A stretch of DNA of 46,784 nt from a virus (lineage: Duplodnaviria; Caudoviricetes): the IMG/VR virus record IMGVR_UViG_3300012231_000016, positions 1-46,784 of that record. The stretch is one strand, 5' to 3'. The position numbers were made by a program, and so were the translations under genes. The notes under the pieces were generated by a model that did no database searches, was not told where the DNA came from, and saw nothing but the letters and a program-made list of their open reading frames with translations. The number at the start of each line of letters is the position of its first letter. The first letter of the stretch is position 1. Shown piece after piece: positions 26,286 through 36,531 of the stretch.

Positions 26286-26783
26286 ATGGCGGCAACTGTC
26301 GTCTGGGAAATCTCGACGCAAGCTACCACCCCGTCTTGGAGCACGGTCACCCAGGTCCGCTTCAAGAAGGCGAACAACAACACCATCGACCTCAACAACC
26401 CGCTCGTCAAGCCGAGCGGTGGCTCCTTCGACTACTCGTTCGAGAAGGTGTTGCGCGTCGATGTCACGGTGGCCCCGTCGAACCAGCTGAGCAACGGCGC
26501 TCTCTACGTCAATGGCACGTTCCCTACGGGCGTGAACATGTCGTACAAGTGGCGCGCGCTCGGCAGCTACGCGACCCCCGTGCAGATCGATGCTGGTGTG
26601 TGGGCGACCTACACTGCGCTCACGGCCAACACGGCCTACGCGTGGTCGAACTTCGGCACGCCGACCGGAACGGGCGCTCCTGGTGACAACCTGCTGCTCG
26701 GCACGCAGATCACCTCCGCGGTGTCCGCTGGCGTTCTGACGAGCCCGAGCACGAATTTCCAGCTCCAATACAACGAGATCTAG
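26286..26783 (+). CDS. putative virion structural protein
   Basis: AAGGAG RBS; N...P.VKP..G..YSFEKVLR pattern; Thr/Gly-rich. Confidence 0.6.
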   Translation: MAATVVWEISTQATTPSWSTVTQVRFKKANNNTIDLNNPLVKPSGGSFDYSFEKVLRVDVTVAPSNQLSNGALYVNGTFPTGVNMSYKWRALGSYATPVQIDAGVWATYTALTANTAYAWSNFGTPTGTGAPGDNLLLGTQITSAVSAGVLTSPSTNFQLQYNEI

Positions 26784-26842
26784 GCCCTTGCCCATCAGGG
26801 CCGCTTCCTAGGTCTCCGGTTCTTCATTCGAAGGAGGGTGCT

Positions 26843-27430
26843 ATGGAGCCGATCGACGCAGACGTTGTAGTTCCGGCGCCTACTGCTCGTGCAACCTCGG
26901 ATGTGGCTGCTCAGTTGGGGCAGACCCAGCAGGCAACCGAGGCCCAGGCTCGATACATCATCCAGTCGAAGTTCCGGTTCGTGTACCGCATCTACTATGC
27001 GGATGGCTTTGTACTCAATCAGCTTGATGCGGCGGGCGTGGAGCAGAAGATCGACTTCTTGCGTCCCGCCCGCCGCATTGAGTGGGTTTCCGTGGTTCCC
27101 GGACAGAGGTCCTTCCACCTGGACGTACCACCCGAGACGGTCTTCCGCATCTGGCGGAACGTGATCAAGAAGATGGGCGCGCCGGACATCATCGGTGGGT
27201 ACATCCTTGGTTACGACCGATTCCGAGATGGCCAACTCACTGAGCAGAGCTGGTACTACTGCAGCCCCCTCCGGCAACTCCTCCTGAAGGATCTGGTGGG
27301 TACGTCAGAGAGCAAGACGCGACTGTTCCAATTCGAACAACAGTTCGAGGGACCACAGCCGGAGGGCTTCAAGTACGCGTTCAATCGCTGGTGGGAAAAC
27401 AACAGCCATCTCGTCATCGCCGCGGAGTAG
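26843..27430 (+). CDS. hypothetical protein
   Basis: AAGGAGG RBS. Confidence 0.6.
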   Translation: MEPIDADVVVPAPTARATSDVAAQLGQTQQATEAQARYIIQSKFRFVYRIYYADGFVLNQLDAAGVEQKIDFLRPARRIEWVSVVPGQRSFHLDVPPETVFRIWRNVIKKMGAPDIIGGYILGYDRFRDGQLTEQSWYYCSPLRQLLLKDLVGTSESKTRLFQFEQQFEGPQPEGFKYAFNRWWENNSHLVIAAE

Positions 27431-27461
27431 CGCTCCTGGGTGACGACCTGGGAGGTCCTCT

Positions 27462-27902
27462 GTGTCTGACAACTCAACCGTCAATGGAACCACGATTGGT
27501 GGAGGTGATACCTTCGCTGCTGATGACATCGGCGGCGTCAAGCACCAGCGCGTGAAGATGGAGTATGGCGCGGATGGTTCGGCGACGGACGTGTCGGATA
27601 CGAGTCCGCTGCCGACGAAGGCACGCCCCTCCGGAACCGGAACGATCACCCGCGTGAATGCGGCGGCCGCCTCGACCCTGATCCTCGCATCGAACGCGAA
27701 CCGGCTCGGAGCCTCCATCTTCAACGACTCCGATGCCATCGCCTACGTGGCCTGCGCCGCGTCTGCGAGCACGTCCCTCTTCACACTCAAGATGCTCCCG
27801 AACACGGGCCCCTACGAACTCCCGTTCCACTACACGGGTGATGTGTACGCGACGTGGGCCTCGGCGACGGGTGCGGCTGTGATGACGGAGTTCACCACCT
27901 AA
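27462..27902 (+). CDS. putative virion fibre/decoration protein
   Basis: GGAGG RBS and GTG; DDIGGVKHQRVK..G.DG...DVS...PLP; N.NR.GASIFNDS. Confidence 0.6.
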   Translation: MSDNSTVNGTTIGGGDTFAADDIGGVKHQRVKMEYGADGSATDVSDTSPLPTKARPSGTGTITRVNAAAASTLILASNANRLGASIFNDSDAIAYVACAASASTSLFTLKMLPNTGPYELPFHYTGDVYATWASATGAAVMTEFTT

Positions 27903-30487
27903 TGCCGTACTCCTCCATCGCCATCGGTTCCGTCTCGGCAGGAACGACGAACGCACTGGGTCCGCAGCTGGTCATCTCGAACAGCAACAATGTGTCGTTT
28001 GGGATCAGCGGATCCACACTCACCGCCAGCATCCCCAGCGGCGCCACGGCGACCGGCAACCTGAACGGCATCTCGGCCGGTACTCGCATGGTGAGTACCG
28101 GAACGGTCGTCTTCGCCAACGCGAACAGCGTCACGTTCGGTATGGCCGGCAACACGATCACGGCGTCCTTCAACGCGGTGGGTGGTGGTGCGTCAGGCGT
28201 CGCGATCTCCGCGAACGGAAGCTCGGTCAACACCGGCACGGCTATCTGGAGCAACTCGAACAACGTGTCGTTCGGGATGTCTGGCTCGACGATCACGGCC
28301 TCGGCCACGGTTGCTACCAGCCTTACGAACATCAAGGTGTCCGCCGGCACGCTGTCGAACAACCTCTCGGCGCTTACGTTCGCGGACGGCAATGGCGTCA
28401 GCTTCGGACTCAGCGGCTCGACGCTCACGGCGTCGGTGGCGCCCGCAGGAGCGGCAAGCGTCAACGTCTCGGCAGGCACGACCTCGAACAACCTGACGGC
28501 CGTTGTTCTCTCGAACAGCAACAACGTCAGCTTCGGCCTCAACGGGTCGACGGTGACGGCGTCGGTCACGGTTGCTACCAGCCTTACGAACATCCTGCTG
28601 TCCGCAGGAACCACCTCCAACAACCTCTCACAGTTCGTCCTCTCGAACTCGAACAACGTGAGCTTCGGGCTCAACGGTTCGACGATCACCGGGTCGGCTC
28701 GCATCTCGATCGCTGCGGGTACGACGGATGCGGGGCTGTCCAGGTTCACGCTGTCGAATTCGAACAACGTCAGCTTCGGGCTCAGCGCCTCGGTGATCAC
28801 GGCGTCGGCGCAGATCAATCTGTCGGCCGGCACCACGTCGAACAACCTCTCGGCACTGACGTTCTCGAACTCGAACAACGTGAGCTTCGGGCTCAACGGT
28901 TCGACGCTGACCGCCTCGGCGTCCTATGCGGCTGAGACTCCGTTCGGGATCTCGGCGGGTACTCAGTCGGTGAGCACGGGAACGCTCGTGCTCTCGAACT
29001 CGAACAACGTCACCTTCGGGATGTCTGGATCGAGCCGGATCACGGCCTCGGTCCATGTCAATCTCTCAGCAGGTACGACCTCCAACAACCTGTCAGCGGT
29101 GACGTTCGCGAATGGGAATGGAGTCAGCTTCGGTCTCGACGCCTCGACGATTACGGCATCCATCGCGACCAGTTTGACGAACATCCTGCTGTCCGCAGGA
29201 ACCACCTCGAACAATCTGTCTGCGTTTGTACTCAGCAACTCGAACAACGTCAGCTTCGGCCTCAACGGGTCCACGATCACAGCGACGGCGACTGTTGCTA
29301 CCAGCCTTACGAACGTCAACTTCTCAGCAGGTACGACCTCCAACAACCTGTCAGCGGTGACGTTCGCGAATGGGAATGGAGTCAGCTTCGGTCTCGACGC
29401 CTCGACTCTGACGGCTTCGGTTGCCACGAGTCTGACTGCGGTCAATCTGTCGGCGGGTACCACCTCGAACAATCTGTCGGCATTCGTCCTCTCGAACAGC
29501 AACAACGTGTCGTTTGGCCTCAACGGCTCCACGATCACGGCAACTGCCACTGTCGCCACCAGCCTGACCGCGGTCAATCTGTCTGCCGGTACGACCTCCA
29601 ACAACCTGTCAGCGTTCGTGCTGTCGAACAGCAACAACCTGTCGTTCGGATTGAGTGGGTCGACGATCACAGGATCGGCCTCGGAGACTCCGTTCGGGAT
29701 CTCCGCGGGTACTCAGTCAGTATCGACAGGTACTCTCATCTTCTCGAACGCCAACGGTGTCAGCTTCGGTATGTCGGGGTCCTCTCGGATCACGGCATCC
29801 ATGTCCCGTCTCACTGGAGACATGTGGGACAACGCCGTAGCCGGGGGGCAGACCTCTCCTTTCGCGACGCATCAGCTCACGGATGATGCTGGCTCGATGC
29901 GCCTCTTCCCGCTGGATGGACATGACTTCGCCTTCCCGTTCGACATGACCGCGAACACGATGTTCCTGAACATGTCGATCACGGCGAACACGCAGGTGCT
30001 GTCTCGGCAGTTCTCGTCGAGCTTCTTCTTCGCTGTGTACACCAGCACAGCAGACAGCCTTAGTCTGCTGAACTCCGCCTCAGTGTCGTATGGATTTGCG
30101 TCTCCAGCGACGAACAACTCCTCGCTGTTCGCAGGCCAACGCTTCCTCTCGTTCCACAGCTCTCAGTGGAGCAGCTCTCCTGTCTTCTCAATGGGCAGTC
30201 GCTATCACGGAGCTCTCATCTGGTCGTCGTCCTCTAACTCGAACACGAACATCGGAGTGTTCGGGCACTATGCGTACTCGACTGGGTCTCGCATGGGCAC
30301 GATTGGAGTCGGGCAATCGGACAGCGCATCGCACCAAGGAATGGCTCCATTCTACGGAATGTACAGCACGACCACTGCTGGTTTCCCTGCTGCGATCGCG
30401 AATAGCGAGATCAACAAGCAGCTGGCGAGCGCCTTGTTCACTCCGCACGTCGTCATGGTGAACAACACCGGGGCGAGCTCTTTCTAA
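27902..30487 (+). CDS. Ser/Thr/Asn-rich repeat fibre protein (~40-aa repeats) with globular C-terminal domain
   Basis: Tandem NLSAGTTSNNLSAxxxSNSNNVSFGLNGSTITAS repeats. Confidence 0.75.
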   Translation: MPYSSIAIGSVSAGTTNALGPQLVISNSNNVSFGISGSTLTASIPSGATATGNLNGISAGTRMVSTGTVVFANANSVTFGMAGNTITASFNAVGGGASGVAISANGSSVNTGTAIWSNSNNVSFGMSGSTITASATVATSLTNIKVSAGTLSNNLSALTFADGNGVSFGLSGSTLTASVAPAGAASVNVSAGTTSNNLTAVVLSNSNNVSFGLNGSTVTASVTVATSLTNILLSAGTTSNNLSQFVLSNSNNVSFGLNGSTITGSARISIAAGTTDAGLSRFTLSNSNNVSFGLSASVITASAQINLSAGTTSNNLSALTFSNSNNVSFGLNGSTLTASASYAAETPFGISAGTQSVSTGTLVLSNSNNVTFGMSGSSRITASVHVNLSAGTTSNNLSAVTFANGNGVSFGLDASTITASIATSLTNILLSAGTTSNNLSAFVLSNSNNVSFGLNGSTITATATVATSLTNVNFSAGTTSNNLSAVTFANGNGVSFGLDASTLTASVATSLTAVNLSAGTTSNNLSAFVLSNSNNVSFGLNGSTITATATVATSLTAVNLSAGTTSNNLSAFVLSNSNNLSFGLSGSTITGSASETPFGISAGTQSVSTGTLIFSNANGVSFGMSGSSRITASMSRLTGDMWDNAVAGGQTSPFATHQLTDDAGSMRLFPLDGHDFAFPFDMTANTMFLNMSITANTQVLSRQFSSSFFFAVYTSTADSLSLLNSASVSYGFASPATNNSSLFAGQRFLSFHSSQWSSSPVFSMGSRYHGALIWSSSSNSNTNIGVFGHYAYSTGSRMGTIGVGQSDSASHQGMAPFYGMYSTTTAGFPAAIANSEINKQLASALFTPHVVMVNNTGASSF
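29064..29406 (+). repeat. 85-bp exact direct repeat (29064-29148 and 29322-29406) within the fibre repeats
   Basis: Identical TCTCAGCAGGTACGACC...GACGCCTCGAC copies 258 bp apart. Confidence 0.8.
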
Positions 30488-30499
30488 GGGATCATCTGC

Positions 30500-31783
30500 A
30501 TGTCGATGTCCCAGGATAACTGGCTGTGGAGTGACTCTAACTCTGTCAGCTTCGGCGTCTCAAACGGGTCAGTACTCACCGCCTCCATCTCCACGTTGCC
30601 GGAGACCCCGTTCGGTGTCTCAGCTGGGGGGCAATCGGTATCAACTGGCACTGTCGTCTTTTCGAACTCGAACAATATGACCTTCGGGTTCGTTGGTTCT
30701 AGGACGATCACAGCCTCGGCATCAGAGACCCCATTCGGTCTCTCCGTCGGGACGCAGAGTGTGAGTACCGGAACACTCGTCTTCTCGAACTCGAACAACT
30801 TCACGTTCGGGATGTCGGGGTCGAGCCGTGTCACGGCGAGCTTCTCCGCGAGCAACCAGGACATCTCGCTCTACGCATTGGGAAACACCGCCCAGAACTC
30901 CTCGACGGTACTCAATGCCAGCGTGTTGTCGGTGAGTGGAAAGAACGCGGTCACCGTTGGGTATAGCGGCAGTGCCCTCCAGGTTGATGCTCCTGTCGTT
31001 GCAATCAGCGGGGCCGGGGCATCAGCCTCGAACGGTACGATCGTCTTCTCTAACTCGAACAACTTCTCGTTCGGGATGGCCGGATCGACGGTGACCGCAT
31101 CTCAGGGAAACCTGACGGGGGATGTCTGGGACAATGCGTATGCCGGCGGGAATGCTGCGACTCAGCTGACTGGCTTCCAATACACCGGCTCGCATCGGTC
31201 CCTCTTCGTTGCGCCGATGCATGACGATCTGTTCCCGTTCAACCTGAGTGTATCGACGAACATGATCATGTTCTCGATCTCGGGGTCGACGGCCACCATG
31301 TCGGTCGCGCATACCTCGAAGTACCTCATCGGGATCTACACGCGTAACGCCTCCTCGCTCAGCCTCATCAACTCGTTCTCTACGGCATGGAGTACGGGCG
31401 CGGGCGCGAACAACTCCAGCCTGGAATTCGGGGCGAAGTTCTTCACGGTCCACTCATCGCAGTGGAGCTCCGAGCCTGTCTTCGTCCAGGGTAGTCGATA
31501 TTACATCGCGTGGCTCTGGTCGAGTGCGGGTGGAACGGTCGGGCAGACTGCAAGCGCGATCGGGCAATTCAAGTATCTATCGGCCCAGGCGTCTGGCACG
31601 TTCGGTGTGTCTCAGGCAGCCACGTCGGTCGGGTACGCGCCGTTCTATGGCATCTACACAGTCACGACAGCCGCGCTTCCCGTGAGCATCTCGAACAACG
31701 AGCTCAACAAGGCCAACGCCAATGCAGGCTTCGTGCCTCGGATGTACATGGTAGGAAACAACGCATCTGTCACCGCGTTCTGA
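30500..31783 (+). CDS. shorter paralogue of the repeat fibre protein
   Basis: Same SNSNNxxFG repeats and homologous C-domain (LTGDxWDNA, HSSQWSS.PVF..GSRY, APFYG.Y). Confidence 0.75.
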   Translation: MSMSQDNWLWSDSNSVSFGVSNGSVLTASISTLPETPFGVSAGGQSVSTGTVVFSNSNNMTFGFVGSRTITASASETPFGLSVGTQSVSTGTLVFSNSNNFTFGMSGSSRVTASFSASNQDISLYALGNTAQNSSTVLNASVLSVSGKNAVTVGYSGSALQVDAPVVAISGAGASASNGTIVFSNSNNFSFGMAGSTVTASQGNLTGDVWDNAYAGGNAATQLTGFQYTGSHRSLFVAPMHDDLFPFNLSVSTNMIMFSISGSTATMSVAHTSKYLIGIYTRNASSLSLINSFSTAWSTGAGANNSSLEFGAKFFTVHSSQWSSEPVFVQGSRYYIAWLWSSAGGTVGQTASAIGQFKYLSAQASGTFGVSQAATSVGYAPFYGIYTVTTAALPVSISNNELNKANANAGFVPRMYMVGNNASVTAF

Positions 31784-31834
31784 TCTTCTTCGTGTATCAC
31801 CAGCATCCCGCGCGGGCCCTGGTGGTCACCACTT

Positions 31835-32581
31835 ATGGAGGACCTTGTGACGACTGTCACAGAGGCAGCGGAGCTACTCAATCCGCTCGGGTATGAGCGG
31901 GTCAAGATCTTGCCTGGATCTACGTATCAGGACGCATCGACGGTGATCATCGTGCCGACCCTCGGCACGATCCACCACAAGGTCGTCAGTGCGTGGCAGA
32001 GCCTCATCTCTCCGATGAACCAGAAGAGGGCCTTCCTCTTCGCGGTCGGAGATGAGGTCGGCAAGGCGTACGACAATACGATCAAGAACATTCTGGCTAC
32101 TCCTGAGTTGCGCGCGTTCAAGTACATCCTCACGCTGGAGGACGACAACACTCCTCCTCCGGACGCGCACATCCGCCTGCTGGAATCGATTGAGTACAGC
32201 AAGGTCGATGCTGTCGCGGGTCTGTACTTCACGAAGGGTGACTTGAATATGCCGATGGCGTACGGGAACCCAGCCCAGTACGCCAAGACTGGAGTGCTCG
32301 ACTTTGCTCCGGTCGACGTTCGCTCTGCCGTTGCGAATGGTCATCTCGTCGAAGTCAACGGTGTGGCTTGTGGCTGCACCCTGTGGCGCATGGATCTGTT
32401 CAAGTCCCTCCCAGCTCCTTGGTTCGTGACAGTCGCTGACGTGGTCCCAGGCAAGGGAGCCATGGCGTTCACCCAGGACCTCTACTTCTGCCAGACGGCG
32501 AAGTTGGCCGGGAAGCGCTTTGCAGTCGATTGTCGCGTCAAGGTGGGACACTTGGACCCCAAGACAGGAACGGTGTATTGA
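31835..32581 (+). CDS. GT-A fold glycosyltransferase
   Basis: IIVPTLG, YILTLEDD (DxD-like), VACGCTLW, QDLYFC..AK.AG....DCRVKVGH. Confidence 0.8.
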   Translation: MEDLVTTVTEAAELLNPLGYERVKILPGSTYQDASTVIIVPTLGTIHHKVVSAWQSLISPMNQKRAFLFAVGDEVGKAYDNTIKNILATPELRAFKYILTLEDDNTPPPDAHIRLLESIEYSKVDAVAGLYFTKGDLNMPMAYGNPAQYAKTGVLDFAPVDVRSAVANGHLVEVNGVACGCTLWRMDLFKSLPAPWFVTVADVVPGKGAMAFTQDLYFCQTAKLAGKRFAVDCRVKVGHLDPKTGTVY

Positions 32582-32582
32582 A

Positions 32583-33305
32583 ATGGAAACTGCTGAGTCG
32601 CCGACCTTTGTACCCACTGCGGTCGTGCCGTCGGTGGTCCGGATCGACCTCGCTTGCGGACAGAGTCCGCGCGAAGGATTCGAGGGTGCAGATCTCTATG
32701 CACCGAATGTCACGTACCGAATGGACGTGCTCAAGTTCCCGTGGCCGTGGGCGGACAACTCGGTCGACGAGTTCTTCTGCAGCCATTTCATCGAGCACAT
32801 CCCGAATCGAGAAGTCGAAGAGCGCGACCTCGCTCGCGCTGAGGTGATGCTGTCGCCGACGCCGGTCTCCGGCGATGACGCAGCTGAGGGCGTGGCTGAG
32901 CTCAAGCCGAGGATCGCTACGGCGATGGGTACGCACGCGAAGCTCGCAGCTTCCTACCTCGGCCACGACATGCTCTTCACGTTCTTCGACGAGATGTACC
33001 GCTGCCTCAAGAAGGAAGGGTCTGCACTCATCGTCTGGCCGGCGTGCACCTCGACGCGCGCCTTCCAGGACCCGACGCATCGCCGGTTCATCTCACGGGA
33101 TGTCCTCTACTACCTCAACGCCGACTGGCGCAAGGCGACTGCGTTGGATCACTACCCAGTCAGCTGCAACTTCGGGTTCACCGTGACGCACACGATGCCA
33201 GTCGACGAAGGGCTGCGCTGCGCCGAAGTGCAGGCGAAGCGATTCAATGAGTGCTGGAACACCATCTTCGACTTCCATGCGACCCTGAAGCCCCTCAAGC
33301 CGTAG
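32583..33305 (+). CDS. class I SAM-dependent methyltransferase-like protein
   Basis: IDLACG..PREGFEGAD, FPWPWADNSVDE...SHFIEH, EMYRCLK, AFQDPTH. Confidence 0.8.
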   Translation: METAESPTFVPTAVVPSVVRIDLACGQSPREGFEGADLYAPNVTYRMDVLKFPWPWADNSVDEFFCSHFIEHIPNREVEERDLARAEVMLSPTPVSGDDAAEGVAELKPRIATAMGTHAKLAASYLGHDMLFTFFDEMYRCLKKEGSALIVWPACTSTRAFQDPTHRRFISRDVLYYLNADWRKATALDHYPVSCNFGFTVTHTMPVDEGLRCAEVQAKRFNECWNTIFDFHATLKPLKP

Positions 33306-33311
33306 TAGGAG

Positions 33312-34817
33312 TTGCCCATCGTGCTGCTCCCGCTTCTCCAAAACAACCTTCTTGGACCTAGCGGGGCGTATCTTGACCTGGGGTCTGACCTCGCCACGCA
33401 AGATCGATCCTCACTGCCTCTAGGAGCTGATCTCGTGGTAACTGGAATCGGCCTGAAGGTTCCACTCCTCTCCGACGTATCAGTCTATGGATCTGGAGTC
33501 GCGAACCTCACGTCCTCGGTCCCGGTGCAGACCTCAGCGTCCTTGTCCCTCGGCAGCACGGTGGGCGTCCTTCAAGCTCTGACTCAGGATCTCGCGTCCG
33601 ACGTTCTTGTCAGTGTGTACTTCATCGATCTCGCGTCGGACTTGGTGGTCTCGCTTGGCCTGTTCACGGTTCCTCTCGCGTCGGACCTCGTGTCTCTCGC
33701 GCAGCAGACGGTGGGTCTCGGCAGCTCGGTGGGCGTCCTGCTCACGGGCCAGTCGTTGGGGCTCGCCTCGGACATCTCGGTCGTCCTCTTCCTGAGTCAG
33801 GCCGTGCCGCTCAGTTCGGATGTGCCGATCTCGCAGGATGGCGTGATCGTCTCGCTCTCGTCCACCATGGCGGTGCACGTGGGCGCGGTCACGGCGGACC
33901 TGGGCTCGGACGTGCTCGCCTCGCGCGACACGAACACCATTGTCAACAGCGACGTGCCGGTGCAGTCTTCGGGCCTTGCGCTGCTCGTGTCGGATGCCCT
34001 GGTCATGTTGGGTCCGACGCTCTCGCTCGCCTCGGACGTGCTGGCGCTCGGTGCCGTCTCGGTTGACCTGTCCTCGGACGTGTCGATTGAGACGACTGCG
34101 AACCTCGGCTCGGACATCTCGATCACGGATGCTCCGGCAATCCCACTCTTCGGAGATGTGCTTGCCAGCGAGAACCTGACGATCGACCTCACCAGCGATC
34201 TGCTGGCGCAGGGCGGTGTCTCGGTGTCACTGATCTCGATGATGGGTGTCGGTGTCGATCGTGCGCTGGGCTTGAGCTCCACGTTGCTGGTGCTGGCTGC
34301 GGCGACGAGTGATCTGTCTGCGGATCTGCTCGTACTCGGCGCTGCGACTTCTTTGATGGACAGCGATGTACTCATCTCGCTGGACACCGTTCTCAAGAAT
34401 CTGACGAGCTCGGTGAGCGTGGCGAATGACCTCGTCATCTCGTCGCTCGATGCGAACATGTTCGTCGTGGATTCGTTCGGCGTCGCTCTGGCCTCCGATC
34501 TGGCGGTTGCGGACGCGGTCGTCAATCCGCTCGCCTCTAGCCTGATCGTCAGCTACCCGACGTACTCGAACCTCAGCAGCGAGATCTCGGTCCTCTCGGA
34601 TACGACGCAGACGATCACCTCGGTGGTCTTCGTGTCCGTTGCGCAGACTCTCGGCCTCTCGGCCGATCTCATGGCGGTCAACGCGGTCGCGTCGAACCTC
34701 GGTGCGGACGTGAACGTCATCGACATGACCTCGGTGGACCTCGGCGCGTCGCTGGTCGTCCGGAATGACCTGACTCCGACGATCCGCAACAAGCCAGTCC
34801 CGCGGCCCAGGAGGTGA
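33312..34817 (+). CDS. repeat-rich (L-x-S-D-x-x-V, ~15 aa) putative virion protein
   Basis: AGGAG/TTG start; regular LASD/LSSD repeats throughout. Confidence 0.6.
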   Translation: MPIVLLPLLQNNLLGPSGAYLDLGSDLATQDRSSLPLGADLVVTGIGLKVPLLSDVSVYGSGVANLTSSVPVQTSASLSLGSTVGVLQALTQDLASDVLVSVYFIDLASDLVVSLGLFTVPLASDLVSLAQQTVGLGSSVGVLLTGQSLGLASDISVVLFLSQAVPLSSDVPISQDGVIVSLSSTMAVHVGAVTADLGSDVLASRDTNTIVNSDVPVQSSGLALLVSDALVMLGPTLSLASDVLALGAVSVDLSSDVSIETTANLGSDISITDAPAIPLFGDVLASENLTIDLTSDLLAQGGVSVSLISMMGVGVDRALGLSSTLLVLAAATSDLSADLLVLGAATSLMDSDVLISLDTVLKNLTSSVSVANDLVISSLDANMFVVDSFGVALASDLAVADAVVNPLASSLIVSYPTYSNLSSEISVLSDTTQTITSVVFVSVAQTLGLSADLMAVNAVASNLGADVNVIDMTSVDLGASLVVRNDLTPTIRNKPVPRPRR

Positions 34818-34820
34818 TTC

Positions 34821-35849
34821 TTGGCTCTTCCACTGACCCTCGACTATCGCTTCGTCGATGAGGCGTCGGGTTTGGGCGTGGCCGTCGATACGACGCTGAC
34901 GCTCGAAGTCTGGGAGTCGGGGGCATCCTCGGCCACCGTGACGCGAGTGCTCGGCACGGATGCGAATACGACGATCGTCCAGGCAACCGATGCGGCTGGG
35001 GTCTTCTACTCCAGCACCGTCGATGTTTCGAACTTCGCCAACGGAACCGTGACGGCGAAGTGGTTCGCGCAGTCGGCAGGGGTGCCGCTGGATCCGTACC
35101 CGGCGGAGGAGACGTTTGAGTACCCGACGCCTCCTCCGCTCAGCTTCTCGTCGATCAAGGACTACGTCTTCTCGATGATGGGGGCGCCGTTGGTGAGCGT
35201 CGAGCTCACGGACCAGCAGCTGAACCAGCTGATCGACTCGACGCTGCGCAAGTACAACCGGTACGTCCCGCTGCCGCTGACCGGCAACGTGACGCTGATC
35301 TCCGGCGTGAACGCCTACCCACAGCCGCACGTCGGCTCGCGTGGCGTCGTGCGCGTCTCCTTCGTACGCAAGCTGCCAGACACACTCTTCACCAGTCCGT
35401 ACTTCGGGCGGGAGTTCCCCCGCCTCGGCACGATGCCGTTCGATGAGTTCGTCCTCGGGAGGACTCACCTGGAGTCCGTGCGCTACGTGACGGGGACGGA
35501 TCCCGATTGGCGCTGGGACAACTCAACGAAGATCCTCTACCTCGTGAACGGGAACTATGACGGCTGGCTCGATCCGACGCAGTGGCTGGTCACGTACGTG
35601 CACTACGCCGATGCGTCGATGGAGCAGGTCCCGCTGCATCACCAGGACTGGTTCTTCCGCTACGTCCTCGCGAATGCGCGCATTCTGGTCGGCACGAACC
35701 GGAACAAGTTCTCCGGCACCGTGCCGATGCCCAGTGGCGCGATGACGCTGGACGGCGCAGCGCAGATCCAGCAGGGTCAGGCCGAGCTCGCAGCGGCGGA
35801 AGAAGACATCCGCACGATGGGCGAAGTCGTACCTCCGGCGCGAGGTTGA
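34821..35849 (+). CDS. neck/head-completion protein (T4 gp13-like) with N-terminal Ig-like extension
   Basis: IKDYV..MMGAPLVSVELTDQQL...ID..L; W...YVLA.A...G..R.KF...PMP.G.MTLDG. Confidence 0.75.
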   Translation: MALPLTLDYRFVDEASGLGVAVDTTLTLEVWESGASSATVTRVLGTDANTTIVQATDAAGVFYSSTVDVSNFANGTVTAKWFAQSAGVPLDPYPAEETFEYPTPPPLSFSSIKDYVFSMMGAPLVSVELTDQQLNQLIDSTLRKYNRYVPLPLTGNVTLISGVNAYPQPHVGSRGVVRVSFVRKLPDTLFTSPYFGREFPRLGTMPFDEFVLGRTHLESVRYVTGTDPDWRWDNSTKILYLVNGNYDGWLDPTQWLVTYVHYADASMEQVPLHHQDWFFRYVLANARILVGTNRNKFSGTVPMPSGAMTLDGAAQIQQGQAELAAAEEDIRTMGEVVPPARG

Positions 35850-35851
35850 TC

Positions 35852-36064
35852 ATGGGCATTGCTCGTGTTGGTTGGATTTCTCCTACCGGAGAACTTTTTC
35901 CGATTACGACGGAGCACGTGGATTGGTTGTGGGCAAATAGGAAGTGGCTTCTCCCGATAGTCCCAGTGATGAGTGATCCGGAATTCCGGAGGATGGATCG
36001 AGACTATCGAAAGGAGCTCGCCTTCCCTTTCATGTTTCGCGGGTTGTACATGCGGTGGAGCTGA
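35852..36064 (+). CDS. small hypothetical protein (lower GC)
   Basis: GAGG RBS and ATG35852; GWISPTGE...H. Confidence 0.45.
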   Translation: MGIARVGWISPTGELFPITTEHVDWLWANRKWLLPIVPVMSDPEFRRMDRDYRKELAFPFMFRGLYMRWS

Positions 36065-36067
36065 GTA

Positions 36068-36529
36068 ATGGCCCTCCTCTCGCAGATCGAGCTCCCAGAC
36101 TTGCGCATGCAGATGCAGTTCCAGCGCGAGGCCTGGGAGCGGCACTACCCATTCGTGTCTCTGATCCGACGCAGGAACGAGGACACGAACGTCGACTCAC
36201 TCAACAATGAGGCCATCGATCCGCGCTTCGACACGGAGCACCCATTCCAGGTGCGCGGCTGGGTCGAGCAGAACCCCTCGCAGCAGAAGCTGATGCGGTG
36301 GGGGATCAACGAGCCTCGCGACGTGATCGCCAGCTTCTCCACCGTGCTCCTCGATGATCAGAACCTACTGGCTGCGACCTCGCAGTTCATGATCGGCTGG
36401 CTCGTCAGGTTCGATGACGACCTCTACGAGATCAAGGAGCAGCACCGTCCCAACGCGGGGTATTGGGGAGGCACGAACATTCCGTTCTACTTCTCCTGCA
36501 CCTGCAGCCGCTTCGTCTTCGGGAGGTGA
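36068..36529 (+). CDS. putative head-closure/neck protein (gp14-like)
   Basis: Position after the neck gene; LMRWGINEPRD...F...L......IG..VRFDDDLYEI. Confidence 0.6.
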   Translation: MALLSQIELPDLRMQMQFQREAWERHYPFVSLIRRRNEDTNVDSLNNEAIDPRFDTEHPFQVRGWVEQNPSQQKLMRWGINEPRDVIASFSTVLLDDQNLLAATSQFMIGWLVRFDDDLYEIKEQHRPNAGYWGGTNIPFYFSCTCSRFVFGR

Positions 36530-36531
36530 GC

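Noticed and set aside
27902-31100. CRISPR array or DGR template/variable repeats
   Set aside because: The repeats are in-frame coding repeats with synonymous variation; there are no spacers, no adenine-specific mismatch pattern, and no cas or reverse transcriptase gene in the window
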